Positions 39,849 to 53,943 of a stretch of DNA of 64,000 nt are shown here, one piece after another. Made by a program: the position numbers and the translations under genes. A model generated the notes under the pieces. It searched no databases. It was not told the origin of the DNA and saw nothing but the letters and a program-made list of their open reading frames with translations. Each line of letters begins with the position of its first letter. Positions within the stretch are counted from its first letter, which is position 1. The DNA is from Eledone cirrhosa (taxonomy: Eukaryota): NCBI GenBank assembly GCA_964016885.1, contig CAXHJY010000437.1, forward strand, positions 62,001-126,000, written 5' to 3'.

Positions 39849-40406
39849 GTCAGGTCACCAGTTGGTGCTACTGGTAACATGTATCCCAGTACAACCTGTC
39901 TCATGGTCGGGTCGTTGGCGACTAAACTGGCAACTAAAAACAAAACCTGTCAAAGGGCAAAGGAGCTCTTAAGAGTCAATGGCCATCCAAAATCACTGGG
40001 AGAGATGACCCCTTAGCCTTTGTCAAGGCAGAATTCTAGGAGAAGGAAAACTCTGATGTAACACCTGCAACCTTGATGATATCCAATGATGTTGACTTGT
40101 TCTTCTTTTTGGTAAATATCATCTTGGTTAAGAGAGTGGGACTGGCTTTGTGCAGTGCCTTTGCTCACTATAAAAGCTTCACGGCACAGGCATTGCTTTA
40201 TATCTGGAGATCTCTCTGCACTTGTCGTCACATGGTACCATGGGCCCTGCACTATGTGTCAATAATGGTCACAAGTGTAGTGTTTGTACCAGAGTTTTCA
40301 AGTTGCTGGCTGGACTAAAAAGTCACATTCGTTCGGCGCATCGGTAGGGGTTCTCCTACATGGATATAAAGTAGTGGCCGTACTCGAAAACGAGTTGGCA
40401 GCCACC

Positions 40407-40408
<2 letters not shown>
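39849..40408 (+). mobile_element. ~610-bp non-autonomous retroelement, copy 1 (~50-bp internal deletion)
   Basis: 5' GTCAGGTCACC ... 3' GGCAGCCACCAT, then (TA)/(GTAT)n; six copies in the window. Confidence 0.9.
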
Positions 40409-40452
<44 letters not shown>

Positions 40453-41187
40453 ATATATATATGTATGTATGTATATATATATATGTATGTATGTATATAT
40501 ATATATGTATGTATGTATATATATATATGTATGTATGTATGTATATATATATATATATATGTATGTATATATATGTATATGTATGTATATATATATATAT
40601 ATATATGTATATGTATGTATATATATATATATGTCTGTATATATATATGTATGTATATATATATGTATGTATATATATGTATATGTATGTATATATATGT
40701 ATATGTATGTATATATATGTATATGTATGTATATATATGTATATGTATGTATATATATGTATATGTATGTATATATATATATATGTATGTACGTATATTT
40801 ATATATGTATGTATATTTATATATGTATGTATATATGTATGTATGTATGTATGTATATATGTATGTATGTATATATGTATGTATGTATGTATATATATAT
40901 ATGTATGTATATATGTATGTATGTATGTATATATGTATGTATGTATGTATATATATATATATGTATGTATATATATATATGTATGTATATATATATATGT
41001 ATGTATATATATATATGTATGTATATATATATATGTATGTATATATATATATGTATGTATATATATATATGTATGTATATATATATGTATATATGTATGT
41101 ATATATGTATATATGTATGTATATATGTATATATGTATATATATATGTATGTATGTATATATATATGTATGTATGTATATATGTATA

Positions 41188-41223
<36 letters not shown>

Positions 41224-41248
41224 TGTATATGTATGTATGTATGTATAT

Positions 41249-41757
41249 AGGTTTCTTGGTGAGGAGGGTGACTTTGGACATCCTGCAGGACTAAAAGCAA
41301 AACCTGTCAAAGGGCAAAGGACCTTTTAAGAGTCAATGGCCATCCAAAATCACCGGGAGAGATGACCCCTTAGCCTTTGTCAAGGCAGAATTCTAGGAGA
41401 AGGAAAACTCTGATATAACACCTGCAACCCTGATGGTATCCAATGATGTTCTTCTTTTTGGTAAATATCATCTTGGTTAAGAGAGTGGGACTGGCTTTGT
41501 GCAGTGCCTTTGCTCACTATAAAAGCTTCACGTCACAGGCATTGCTTTAAATCTGGAGATCTCTCTGCACTTCTCGGAACATGGTACCATGGGCCCAGCA
41601 CTATGTGTCAATAATTGTCACATGTGTAGTCTTTGTACCACAGTTTTCAAGTCGCTGGCTGGACTAAAAAGTCACACTCGTTCAGCGCATCGGTAGGAGT
41701 TCTCCTACATGGATATAAAGTAGTGGCCGTACTCGAAAACGAGTTGGCAGCCACCAT
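41249..41757 (+). mobile_element. Same element, copy 2 (5'-truncated)
   Basis: Sequence match to copies 3 and 4; same 3' end. Confidence 0.9.
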
Positions 41758-41980
41758 GTATGTATATATGTATGTATGTATATGTATGTATGTATGTATG
41801 TATATATATGTATGTATGTATATGTATGTATGTATGTATGTATATATATATATATATATGTATGTATATATATATATATATGTATGAATATATATGTATG
41901 TATATATATGTATGTATGTATGTATGTATATGTATGTATGTATGTATATATATGTATGTATGTATGTATATGTATGTATG

Positions 41981-42019
<39 letters not shown>

Positions 42020-42154
42020 GTATATGTATGTATGTATATATATGTATGTATATTTATGTATGTATATATATGTATGTATGTATATGTATGTATGTATATG
42101 TATGTATGTATATGTATGTATGCATATATATGTATGTATGTATATGTATGTATG

Positions 42155-42185
<31 letters not shown>

Positions 42186-42220
42186 ATATGTATATATGTA
42201 TGTATATATGTATGTATTAT

Positions 42221-42302
42221 GTCAGGTCACCAGTTGGTGCTACTGGTAACATGTATCCCAGTACAACCTGACCCATGGTCGGGTCGTTGGCGACTAAACT
42301 GG
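42221..42302 (+). ncRNA. Candidate HDV-like (nested double pseudoknot) ribozyme
   Basis: P1 GTCAGGT/ACCTGAC, P2 CCAGT/ACTGG, P3 TACTGG/CCAGTA, P4 TCG-TTGG-CGA, J4/2 CTAA; helix order as in HDV-like ribozymes, but P3/L3 are atypically large. Confidence 0.45.
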
Positions 42303-42830
42303 CAACCCCACCAAGGTTTCTTGGTGAGGAGGGTGACTTTGGACATCCTGTAGGACTAAAAACAAAACCTGTCAAAGGGCAAAGGAGCTCTTAAGAGTCA
42401 ATGGCCATCCAAAATCACCGGGAGAGATGACCCCTTAGCCTTTGTCAAGGCAGAATTCTAGGAGAGGGAAAACTCTCATATAACACCTGCAACTCTGATG
42501 GTATCCAATGATGTTGACTTGTTCTTCTTTTTGGTAAATATCATCTTAGTTAAGAGAGTGGGACTGGCTTTGTGCAGTGCCTTTGCTCACTATAAAAGCT
42601 TCACGGCACAGGCATTGCTTTAAATCTGGAGATCTCTCTGCACTTGTCGTCACAGGGTACCATGGGCCCTGCACTATGTGTCAATATTTGTCACAAGTGT
42701 AGTGTTTGTACCAGAGTTTTCAAGTCGCTGGCTGGACTAAAAAGTCTCACTCGTTCAGCGCATCGGTAGGGGTTCTCCTATATGGATATAAAGTAGTGGC
42801 CGTACTCGAAAACGAGTTGGCAGCCACCAT
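42221..42830 (+). mobile_element. Same element, copy 3 (full-length)
   Basis: Same 5' boundary as copies 1 and 4. Confidence 0.9.
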
Positions 42831-42875
42831 GTATATATGTATGTATGTATATATATGTATGTATGTATATATATG

Positions 42876-42914
<39 letters not shown>

Positions 42915-42915
42915 G

Positions 42916-42960
<45 letters not shown>

Positions 42961-43017
42961 ATATATATATATGTATATATATGTATGTATATATATATAT
43001 ATGTATATATATGTATG

Positions 43018-43051
<34 letters not shown>

Positions 43052-43054
43052 TGT

Positions 43055-43144
<90 letters not shown>

Positions 43145-43309
43145 ATATATATATGTATGTATATATATATATATATATGTATGTATATATATATATGTAT
43201 GTATATATATATATGTATGTATATATATATATGTATGTATATATATATATGTATGTATAAATATATATGTATGTATATATATATATGTATGTATATATAT
43301 ATATGTATG

Positions 43310-43363
<54 letters not shown>

Positions 43364-43429
43364 TGTATGTATATATATATATATGTATATATATGTATGT
43401 ATATATATATATGTATATATATATGTATG

Positions 43430-43483
<54 letters not shown>

Positions 43484-43485
<2 letters not shown>

Positions 43486-46400
43486 TTAACAACACACCAA
43501 AACAATTAAAACCATCCACTCTCGCCTCTACATTTTTGCTTAACGCCCAAGGCATCAGCCCTTCCACCAATACTCAAAAATGGAAGATCAAATTCCTGGA
43601 GGACTGGATTGATGTCCATCCAAACCACATCCCTTTCTTCGTCCTCACTGAAACCCATCTCGGTAACCTCCACTTGGAAGCCGAGGTGAAAGTGAAAAAT
43701 TTCAAAGCCATCCGTGCTGATCGCGCTGGCAGAAGAAAGGGCGGAACTGCCATTTATGTCCATAATTCTTTCTCAACAGAGGCTATGAACATATTCACTA
43801 ATGGATACTGTGAGGCAGTCACTGTATTCAGTCAAACCAACAACCTATTAGTAGTTGGGCTCTATAGGCCACCCCAAACGCCTGTACCATGCTTCAAGGA
43901 ATGCCTCAACAGCATAAAGTGTTTCATCCAAGAGTGTCACCCTGACAACATCTTAATGATGGGGGACTTCAACCTGCCCGGAGTTGACTGGTCCACAAAC
44001 ACCCTGCCACCAGGTTCTTCTGCCTCAACCTCTGACAGGGAAGCTGTGGAATCGCTTCTTGACTTCATGGATGATTTCTTCCTATCCCAACTAGTGCTCG
44101 AACCAACGAGGTGCCACAAAAACGTCCTAGACTTAATTTTCAGCAATCACACTGACAATATCCACAATATTGCAGTGGAGAAAACTCTACTCTCTGATCA
44201 TGACATGGTTCTCTGTGATCTGAGATTCCACCGTCCAATATACAAACCCAATGTCATTTCTCCTGTCCATCCGTTTGACGCTATGGATTTCCACAATGCA
44301 AACTGGGAAGCGATCAGTCATGATCTTGCACATGTCGACTGGTCCTTCACGCACACTCATACACCCACTAACATCAAAAAGTCCTGGCAGACATTTGTGG
44401 ACACTGTTACAAACATATGTGCTAAACACACCCCATTAAGAACTATAAACAAATCTAAGAGCAGAATCCCTAGAAATAGAAAAACGCTCATCAGAAAAAT
44501 TAAGAGAACGAACAAAAAAATCAACAATCTGAAATACTGTCAGCAGCAACACATCAACTTGACTGCCATTTCATCACTAGAGATTAAAAAACATAACCTC
44601 CAAAACAACATAATGTCCCTCATCAACAATCAGAGAAGAGCTGAAGAGGCCTGGGCCATTGAGAAGATCAAACTCAATCCCAAAGTGTTCTTTTCATTTG
44701 CAAAAAAACACAAAATCACTGGCTCTACTGTTGGCCCTCTAATTGATGAAAATGGCACTCTTCAAGACAATGCTAAAACCATGGGTGAGATACTGCAGAA
44801 ACAATACTGCTCTGTTTTCAGCAATCCTGATATGGCCGATCTGGGCTGTATCGGCGATGTTACTCCCCATTACACCTTATCGGACATAACGTTTGGCGCC
44901 CCTGATGTCTTGGCGGCAATAAAGGAAATCAAGCATAATTCAGCAGTAGGTCCCGATAGGTTCCCTGCTTGTGTCTTGAAGGCGTGTCAACACCAACTTG
45001 CTTCTCCTCTTGCCAATCTGTGGCGGAACTCACTGGATGCTGGATATGTGCCAGAAAACCTTCTATCCCAGTCTGTTGTCCCAGTTTTCAAAAAGGGAAA
45101 CAAATCCCTTGCCGTGAATTACCGTCCAATCTCACTCACCTCTCATATCATTAAGGTATTTGAGCGAGTGGTGAGATCGCGAATGACCCACTTCCTTGAG
45201 AGTAACAATATGCTGAACTCCAACCAGCATGGATTCCGTAATGGAAGGGATTGCCTGACGCAACTACTGCATCACTTTGATGACATTTTGAGAGCCTTGG
45301 GAGAGGGTTCCAACACTGATGTTATCTACCTTGATTTCAGCAAGGCCTTTGACAGGGTTGATCATAACCTTCTACTGAGAAAGCTGTCCAATATTGGTGT
45401 CACTGGAAAGCTGCTGCAGTGGATCAAGAGCTTCCTGTCAAACAGAACCCAACATGTTGTAGTTGAGGGAGTCAAATCAAGCCCAGCCAAAGTCAGTAGT
45501 GGAGTCCCACAAGGCACTGTGTTGGGCCCACTTCTCTTCATCATCTATATTAATGACATCACTGACATCATCAAACACAGCAACATTAAAATTTTCGCTG
45601 ATGATTCCAAGCTCCAAAAGGTCATCAATGGCGTGGATGACCGGATAAGCCTTCAGTCAGACCTACTGGCTGTTACCCAATGGGCAGAAAAGAACAACAT
45701 GTTACTGAACGAAGACAAATTCGAACTGATCCACTTTGGAAAAGAGGATGCTCTGAAACTCCCGTACTCCCTTCCCTCCGGGGAAACTCTCGTGGCATCT
45801 AACAACATCAGAGACTTGGGAGTAACCGTGGACAGCAACATAAGCTGGACCACGCATATAAGCAGCAAAGTTGACATGGCCCGCAGAATGTGTTCCTGGA
45901 TCCTCAGAACCTTCCAGTCGAGAGATTCCCGCACCATTATCCTTCTCTTCTCTACTTTCGCCCGACCACACCTTGAATACTGTTGTCCACTGTGGTCTCC
46001 CCACACGAAACAAAGTATCATGAAACTTGAAGCTCCTCAAAGGGCAATCACAAAAAAGATAGATGGCATGTCAGACCTTGACTACTGGGGTCGATTGGAA
46101 AACCTGAAACTTTACTCACTCCAACGTCGCCGTGAGCGTTATATTATCTGCATGATGTGGAAAATGTTCCATCATCACTGCCCAAATGATGTTGGCATCG
46201 CCTTCAAGATACACCCAAGGCTTGGGCCCCGTGCTATCCGTCCCATTCAAAAATCTAAATCGCAACTCATAACAACAATACGGCACAATTATTTCACCTC
46301 AATCGGCCCTGCTCTCTTCAACATCACACCAGGACACGTCAAAACAGAAACTGACCACACAAAATTCAAGAAATCTTTGGACAAATTCCTCCAAGTAATC

Positions 46401-46568
46401 CCGGACAAACCACCCACACCCGGATATGTCTCCGCAAACAGTAATTCTCTTCTCGAATGGGCCATGGTGCCCAAATCCTGAATTGAAAGACTTCGCCAGG
46501 TGGTGCTATTAAGTTAGACATGGCCTGGGCCAATACTGGCCAAAACATTTCAAAGTTATTCAAAGTTA
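43484..46568 (+). mobile_element. CR1/L2-group LINE lacking ORF1/5' UTR
   Basis: Intact ORF2, ~85-bp 3' UTR ending in TTCAAAGTTA repeats, embedded in (TA)n. Confidence 0.93.
43485..46481 (+). CDS. LINE ORF2: APE endonuclease + reverse transcriptase (~1000 aa, no stops; true start unclear)
   Basis: LLNAQG, VLTETHL, YRPP, MGDFNLP, LSDHD; [35 protein letters not shown]; SLQRRRERY. Confidence 0.92.
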
Positions 46569-46740
46569 TATATATATATATATGTATGTATATATATATA
46601 TATGTATGTATATATATATATATATATGTATGTATATATATATATGTATGTATATATATATATGTATGCATATATATATATGTATGTATAAATATATATG
46701 TATGTATATATATATATGTATGTATATATATATATGTATG

Positions 46741-46800
<60 letters not shown>

Positions 46801-46806
46801 TGTATG

Positions 46807-46841
<35 letters not shown>

Positions 46842-46854
46842 GTATATGTATATG

Positions 46855-46889
<35 letters not shown>

Positions 46890-46980
46890 GTATGTATATA
46901 TATATATGTATATATATATATGTATATATATATATGTATATATATATATGTATATATATATATATTTGTATATATATATG

Positions 46981-47011
<31 letters not shown>

Positions 47012-47103
47012 GTATATATATATGTATGTATGTATATATATATGTATGTATATATATATATGTATATATATATGTATGTATATGTATGTATATATATATA
47101 TGT

Positions 47104-47137
<34 letters not shown>

Positions 47138-47150
47138 GTATATATATATG

Positions 47151-47225
<75 letters not shown>

Positions 47226-47226
47226 G

Positions 47227-47259
<33 letters not shown>

Positions 47260-47277
47260 GTATATATATATGTATAT

Positions 47278-47311
<34 letters not shown>

Positions 47312-47380
47312 GTATATATATATGTATGTATGTATATATATATGTATGTATATATATATATGTATGTATATATATATATG

Positions 47381-47435
<55 letters not shown>

Positions 47436-47452
47436 GTATATATATATGTATG

Positions 47453-47483
<31 letters not shown>

Positions 47484-47488
47484 GTATG

Positions 47489-47519
<31 letters not shown>

Positions 47520-47722
47520 GTATGTATATATATGTATATATATGTATGTGTATATATATGTATGTGTATATATATGTATGTGTATATATATATATGTATA
47601 TATATGTATGTGTATATATATGTATGTGTATATATATATATGTATATATATGTATGTGTATATATATATATGTGTATATATATCTATGTGTATATATATG
47701 TATGTATATATATGTATGTGTA

Positions 47723-47758
<36 letters not shown>

Positions 47759-47815
47759 TGTATGTATGTATGTATGTATATTTGTATGTATGTATATATA
47801 TGTATGTATGTATAT

Positions 47816-47870
<55 letters not shown>

Positions 47871-47892
47871 TGTATGTATATATATATGTATG

Positions 47893-47932
<40 letters not shown>

Positions 47933-47964
47933 TGTATGTATATATATATATATGTATGTATGTA

Positions 47965-47998
<34 letters not shown>

Positions 47999-48117
47999 TG
48001 TATATATCTATGTATGTATGTATGTATGTATGTATGTATGTATATATGTATGTATGTATATATATATGTATGTATATATATATGTATGTATATATGTATG
48101 TATATATGTATGTTTAT
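46569..48117. repeat. 1.5-kb (TA)n/(GTAT)n array
   Basis: Direct reading. Confidence 0.97.
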
Positions 48118-48727
48118 GTCAGGTCACCACTTGGTGCTACTGGTAACATGTATCCCAGTACAACCTGTCTCATGGTCGGGTCGTTGGCGACTAAACTGGC
48201 AACCCCACTAAGGTTTCTTGGTGAGGAGGGTGACTTTGGACATCCTGCAGGACTAAAAACAAAACCTGTCAAAGGGCAAAGGAGCTCTTAAGAGTCAATG
48301 GCCATCCAAAATCACTGGGAGAGATGACCCCTTAGCCTTTGTCAAGGCAGAATTCTAGGAGAAGGAAAACTCTGATATAACACCTGCAACCCTGATGGTA
48401 TCCAATGATGTTGACTTGTTCTTCTTTTTGGTAAATATCATCTTGGTTAAGAGAGTGGGACTGGCTTTGTGCAGTGCCTTTGCTCACTATAAAAGCTTCA
48501 CGGCACAGGCATTGCTTTATATCTGGAGATCTCTCTGCACTTGCCGTCACATGGTACCATGGGCCCAGCACTATGTGTCAATAATTGTCACAAGTGTAGT
48601 GTTTGTACCAGAGTTTTCAAGTCGCTGACTGGACTAAAAAGTCACACTCGTTCAGCGCATCGGTAGGGGTTCTCCTACATGGATATAAAGTAGTGGCCGT
48701 ACTCGAAAACGAGTTGGCAGCCACCAT
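48118..48727 (+). mobile_element. ~610-bp non-autonomous retroelement, copy 4 (full-length)
   Basis: As copy 3. Confidence 0.9.
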
Positions 48728-49148
48728 GTATATATATATGTATGTATGTATATATGTATGTATGTGTGTATGTATGTATGTGTGTATGTATGTATATGTG
48801 TATGTATGTATGTATGTATGTATGTATGTGTGTATGTATGTATATATGTATGTATGTATATATGTATGTATATATGTATGTATATATGTATGTATATATG
48901 TATGTATATATATATGTATGTATGTATGTATGTATATGTATATGTATGTATATGTATATGTATGTATATGTATATATGTATGTATATGTATATGTATGTA
49001 TATGTATGTATGTATATGTGTATATGTATGTATGTATGTATGTATATATGTATGTATATGTATATATGTATGTATATGTATGTATGTATGTATATATATA
49101 TGTATGTATGTGTATATATATGTGTATGTATGTGTATATGTATGTATA

Positions 49149-49607
49149 TCAAAGGGCAAAGGAGCTCTTAAGAGTCAATGGCCATCCAAAATCACCGGGA
49201 GAGATGACCCATTAGCCTTTGTCAAGGCAGAATTCTAGGAGAAGGAAAGCTCTGATATAACACCTGCAACCCTGATGGTATCCAATGATGTTGACTTGTT
49301 TTACTTTTTGGTAAATATCATCTTGGTTAAGAGAGTGGGACTGGCTCTGTGCAATGCCTTTGCTCACTATAAAAGCTTCATGGCACAGGCATTGCTTTAT
49401 ATCTGGAGATCTCTCTGCACTTGTCATCACAGGGTACCATGGGCCCAGCACTATGTGTCAATATTTGTCACAAGTGTAGTGTTTGTACCAGAGTTTTCAA
49501 GTCGCTGGCTGGACTAAAAGGTCACACTCGTTCAGCGCATCGGTAGGGGTTCTCCTATATGGATATAAAGTAGTGGCCGTACTCGAAAACGAGTTGGCAG
49601 CCACCAT
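49149..49607 (+). mobile_element. Same element, copy 5 (5'-truncated)
   Basis: Same 3' end. Confidence 0.9.
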
Positions 49608-49727
49608 ATATGTATGTATATATATGTATGTATGTGTATGTATGTATGTATGTATATATGTATGTATGTATGTATATATATATGTATGTATATATGTATG
49701 TATGTATATATATATATGTATGTATAT

Positions 49728-50070
49728 GGAGGCACATGGCTTAGTGGTTAGAGCATTGGCCTTGCAATCGAAAGGTTGTGAGTTCAATTCTCAGACCGGG
49801 TGAGCAAGGTACTTTATTTCACTTTATTTGCTTGAGCAAGGCACTTTATTTCACATTGCTCCAGTTTACTCAGCTGTAGAAATGAGATGATAGGGGTTGG
49901 GGTCCATATCACACCACTGCAGAGTGGTCGTGCCACTGTAAAAAAGCACCCAGCACTCACTGTAAATGAGGTTGGTGTTAGGAAGGGCATCCAGCCGTAG
50001 AAATCAAGCCAGAATCAGTTCCCGTCCCACCCTTGCAAGCAGGGAAAAAGCGGACGTAAAATGAAATGAA
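49728..50070 (+). mobile_element. CORE-like tRNA SINE family 1
   Basis: GGAGGCACATGGCTTAGTGG...GGACGTAAAATGAAATGAA; small internal duplication at 49800-49853. Confidence 0.87.
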
Positions 50071-50089
50071 ATTATATATATGTATGTAT

Positions 50090-50208
<119 letters not shown>

Positions 50209-50254
50209 TATATATGTATGTATATATATATGTATGTATATATATATATATATG

Positions 50255-50438
<184 letters not shown>

Positions 50439-50456
50439 TATGTATATATACGTATG

Positions 50457-50501
<45 letters not shown>

Positions 50502-50528
50502 GTATATATATGTATCTATATGTATGTA

Positions 50529-52148
50529 TTCGACTTGGAGAAGGCCTTCGACAGAGTCCCCCGTTCCATTATCTGGTGGGCTCTTAGAAAACTAGGTGTT
50601 GATGAATGGCTTGTCAGAGCTATACAAGCCATGTATAAAGAAACAGTCAGCAAGGTTAGAATTAACAATGAATATAGTGAAGAGTTTAGTGTAAAAGTTG
50701 GTGTTCATCAGGGCTCTGTTCTTAGCCCCCTACTATTTATTATTGCCCTCCAGGCTATAACAGTGGAGTTCAAGACCGGCTGCCCATGGGAACTCCTATA
50801 CGCAGATGATCTAACGCTCATAGCTGAATCAATGGCCGAGCTAGAGAAGAAATTCCAAACATGGAAGCACGGCCTAGAATCAAAAGGCCTTAAAATTAAC
50901 CTAGCTAAGACTAAAGTTCTAGTTTGTAAGAAAGAAAATAAGGCGGCGGTCCCCTCCGGGAAGTGGCCATGCGCAGAGTGTAGGAAAGGCGTAGGTAGAA
51001 ATTCCATTTTGTGTCCCAAATGCAAAGTTTGGGTGCATAAAAGATGTAGTGGGATCACAGGTAAGCTAACTAAGAACATAGATTTTACATGTGGCCGGTG
51101 TTCTGGGGAAATAAGTAGCAGCAAGTGCCCACAAAATACTAGCTCTTTCAACTGCGCAGAGGGTTCTATAGAAATAGTGGACAGCTTCCGTTACCTGGGT
51201 GACAAAATCAGCAGTGGGGGAGGGTACTCTGAAAGTACAGTAGCTAGAGTCAGAACTGGGTGGAAAAAGTTCAGCGAGCTTATACCACTATTAGCTGCTA
51301 AAGGGTTCTCCCTAAAAATGAAAGGCAGGCTGTACGATGCCTGCATACGAACAGCAATGTTGCATGGCAGTGAGACCTGGGCATTGTGTACAGAGGATAT
51401 ACGCAGACTAGAGAGAAACGAAGCTTGCATGCTCCGCTGGATGTGTAATAGTAATATACGTGAACGACAAAGCATAAACGAACTAAGGAAAAAATTAGAA
51501 ATAAGAGGGATCAGATGTTGTTTACTAGAGAGAAGGCTACGTTGGTATGGTCACGTGATGCGCATGAAGGATGATAGCTGTATAACAAAGTGCAGGGCAA
51601 TAAAGATAGACGGTAGCCACGGATTAGGCAGACCCAGAAAAACCTGGGACGAGCTGATAAACTCCGACCTCACACACTTACACCTCACCAAGACAATGTC
51701 ACTGGACCGAGACCTTTGGCGGTACTCAGTAATAGAGAAGACCCGCCTTACCTAAATACAAAGTAAAACCTACTACAGTCAGTAGGCATCTCTAACAAAA
51801 TACAACCTCGTCCCACCACCCCCACCACATCCACACCGCCCCCTTCTATGTAAAGTTATGTTGGGGCCACACCATCCAGGCCGAAATAAATGAGATCATG
51901 TAGGTGTCACAACAAAAAAACACACAGTCCACGCTGTAATGTGGCCGTGTAGGCAACACGGTAAAAACCTCCCAGACCCACACTGTAAATGTGGTTGGTG
52001 TTAGGAAGGGCATCCAACTGTAGAAAACCTGCCAGACAGTCCTATGCGAGCAAGACAATCACTCTTGCCTCAAGTGGGAATACCCCCGTCCAAACCCATG
52101 CAAGCGTGGAACACGGACGTTAAACGTTGATGACAATGATGATGATGA
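50529..52148 (+). mobile_element. RTE family A, 5'-truncated (open frame to 51755)
   Basis: DLEKAFDRV...LLYADD...EKTRLT*, 3' UTR, (GAT)n. Confidence 0.95.
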
Positions 52149-52154
52149 TATATG

Positions 52155-52185
<31 letters not shown>

Positions 52186-52267
52186 GTATGCATATATATA
52201 TATGTATGTATGTATATATATATATGTATGTATATATATATATGTCTGTATATATATATATTAAGGA

Positions 52268-52805
52268 CACAAGTGTGTATTTAATGATGATGGTGTACGC
52301 CATCACTGACGCTGATAAGAAAGTAGCTTGGAAGTGTCATTACGAAAGGCTTCTAAATGAGGAGAATAAATGGGAGAAAGACAGTCTCCCCCACATCGAC
52401 CCAATAGAGGGACCAGCAGTGTTAGTCAAAGGTAGTATAATAAGTAAGGCAATCAAAGATATGAAGACGGGTAAGGCGGCTGGGCCTTCTGAAATAGTTG
52501 CTGAGATGCTGAAAGCTTCTGGAATGGCAGGACACGCTATGGTCACCCGGATAGTAAACCAAGTCATACAGAATGGGGTTGTTCCGAAGGACTGGCGTAG
52601 CAGCATCATCATTGACTGCTACAAGGGTAAAGGAGACACCCTAGATAGGGGAAACTATAGAGGCATTAAATTAATCGACCAGGTCATGAAGGTCACAGAA
52701 AAAGTCCTATGCGAGCAAGACAACCACTCTTGCCTCAAGTGGGAAAACTCCCATCCAAACCCATGCAAGCGTGGAACATGGACGTTAAACGATGATGATG
52801 ATGAT
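52268..52805 (+). mobile_element. RTE family A fragment with the RT N-part fused directly to the 3' tail
   Basis: ...QVMKVTEK|AGTCCTATGCGAG; junction at ~52703. Confidence 0.9.
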
Positions 52806-52854
52806 GTATATATATGTATGTATATATATATATATGTATGTATGTATATATATG

Positions 52855-52886
<32 letters not shown>

Positions 52887-52939
52887 TGTATGTATACATA
52901 TATACATACACACATATATACATATAGATACATATATAT

Positions 52940-53350
52940 ATGGTGGCTGCCAACTCGTTTTCGAGTACGGCCACTACTTTATATCCTTGTAGGAGAACCC
53001 CTACCGATGCGCTGAACGAGTGACTTTTTAGTCCAGCCAGTGACTTGAAAACTCTGGTACAAACACTACACTTGTGACAATTATTGACACATAGTGCTGG
53101 GCCCATGGTACCATGTGACAACAGGTGCAGAGAGATCTACAGATATAAAGCAATGCCTGTGCCGTGAAGCTTTTATAGTGTGCAAAGGCACTGCACAAAG
53201 CCAGTCCCACTCTCTTAACCAAGATGATATTTACCAAAAAGAAGAACAAGTTAACATCATTGGATACCATCAGGGTTGCAGGTGTTATATCAGAGTTTTC
53301 CTTCTCCTAGAATTCTGCCTTGACAAAGGCTAAGGGGTCATCTCTCCCGG
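52940..53350 (-). mobile_element. ~610-bp non-autonomous retroelement, copy 6 (5'-truncated, inverted)
   Basis: Reverse complement of 48315-48727. Confidence 0.9.
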
Positions 53351-53417
53351 TATATATATATATATATACATATATATACTTAAATACATATATATATATA
53401 CATATATATATATATAC

Positions 53418-53768
53418 ATCATCATCATCATTTCATCATTTCATTTTTATGTCCGCTTTTTCCCTGCTTGCAAGGGTGGGACGGGAACTGATTCTGGCTT
53501 GATTTCTACAGCTGGATGCCCTTCCTAACACCAACCTCATTTACAGTGAGTGCTGGGTGCTTTTTTGCCGTGGCACCTTCACGACCACTTTGCAGTTGAA
53601 TGATATGGACCCCAGTCCCTATCATCTCATTTCTACAGCTGAGTAAACTGGAGCAATGTGAAATAAAGTGTCTTGCTCAAGGAAACAACACATCACCCGG
53701 TCCGAAAAGTGAACTCACAACCTTTGGATTGCAAGGCCAATGCTCTAACCACTAGGCCATGTGCCTCC
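53418..53768 (-). mobile_element. CORE-like tRNA SINE family 1
   Basis: Reverse-complement match to 49728-50070. Confidence 0.87.
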
Positions 53769-53778
53769 ATATATATAC

Positions 53779-53845
<67 letters not shown>

Positions 53846-53863
53846 CATATATACATATATATT

Positions 53864-53943
<80 letters not shown>

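Noticed and set aside
42837-43484. N-terminal extension of the 1214-aa ORF (likewise the 1136-, 650- and 551-aa ORFs at 9703, 9936 and 50100)
   Set aside because: In-frame read-through of flanking microsatellite, not part of the LINE proteins.
39849-49607. CRISPR-like repeat-spacer array
   Set aside because: Repeats are 450-610 bp with 5' truncations, spacers are microsatellite, the context is eukaryotic and there are no cas genes.
49728-49800. tRNA-Ala(TGC)-like gene
   Set aside because: No proper acceptor stem or terminator; it continues into a SINE body present four times.
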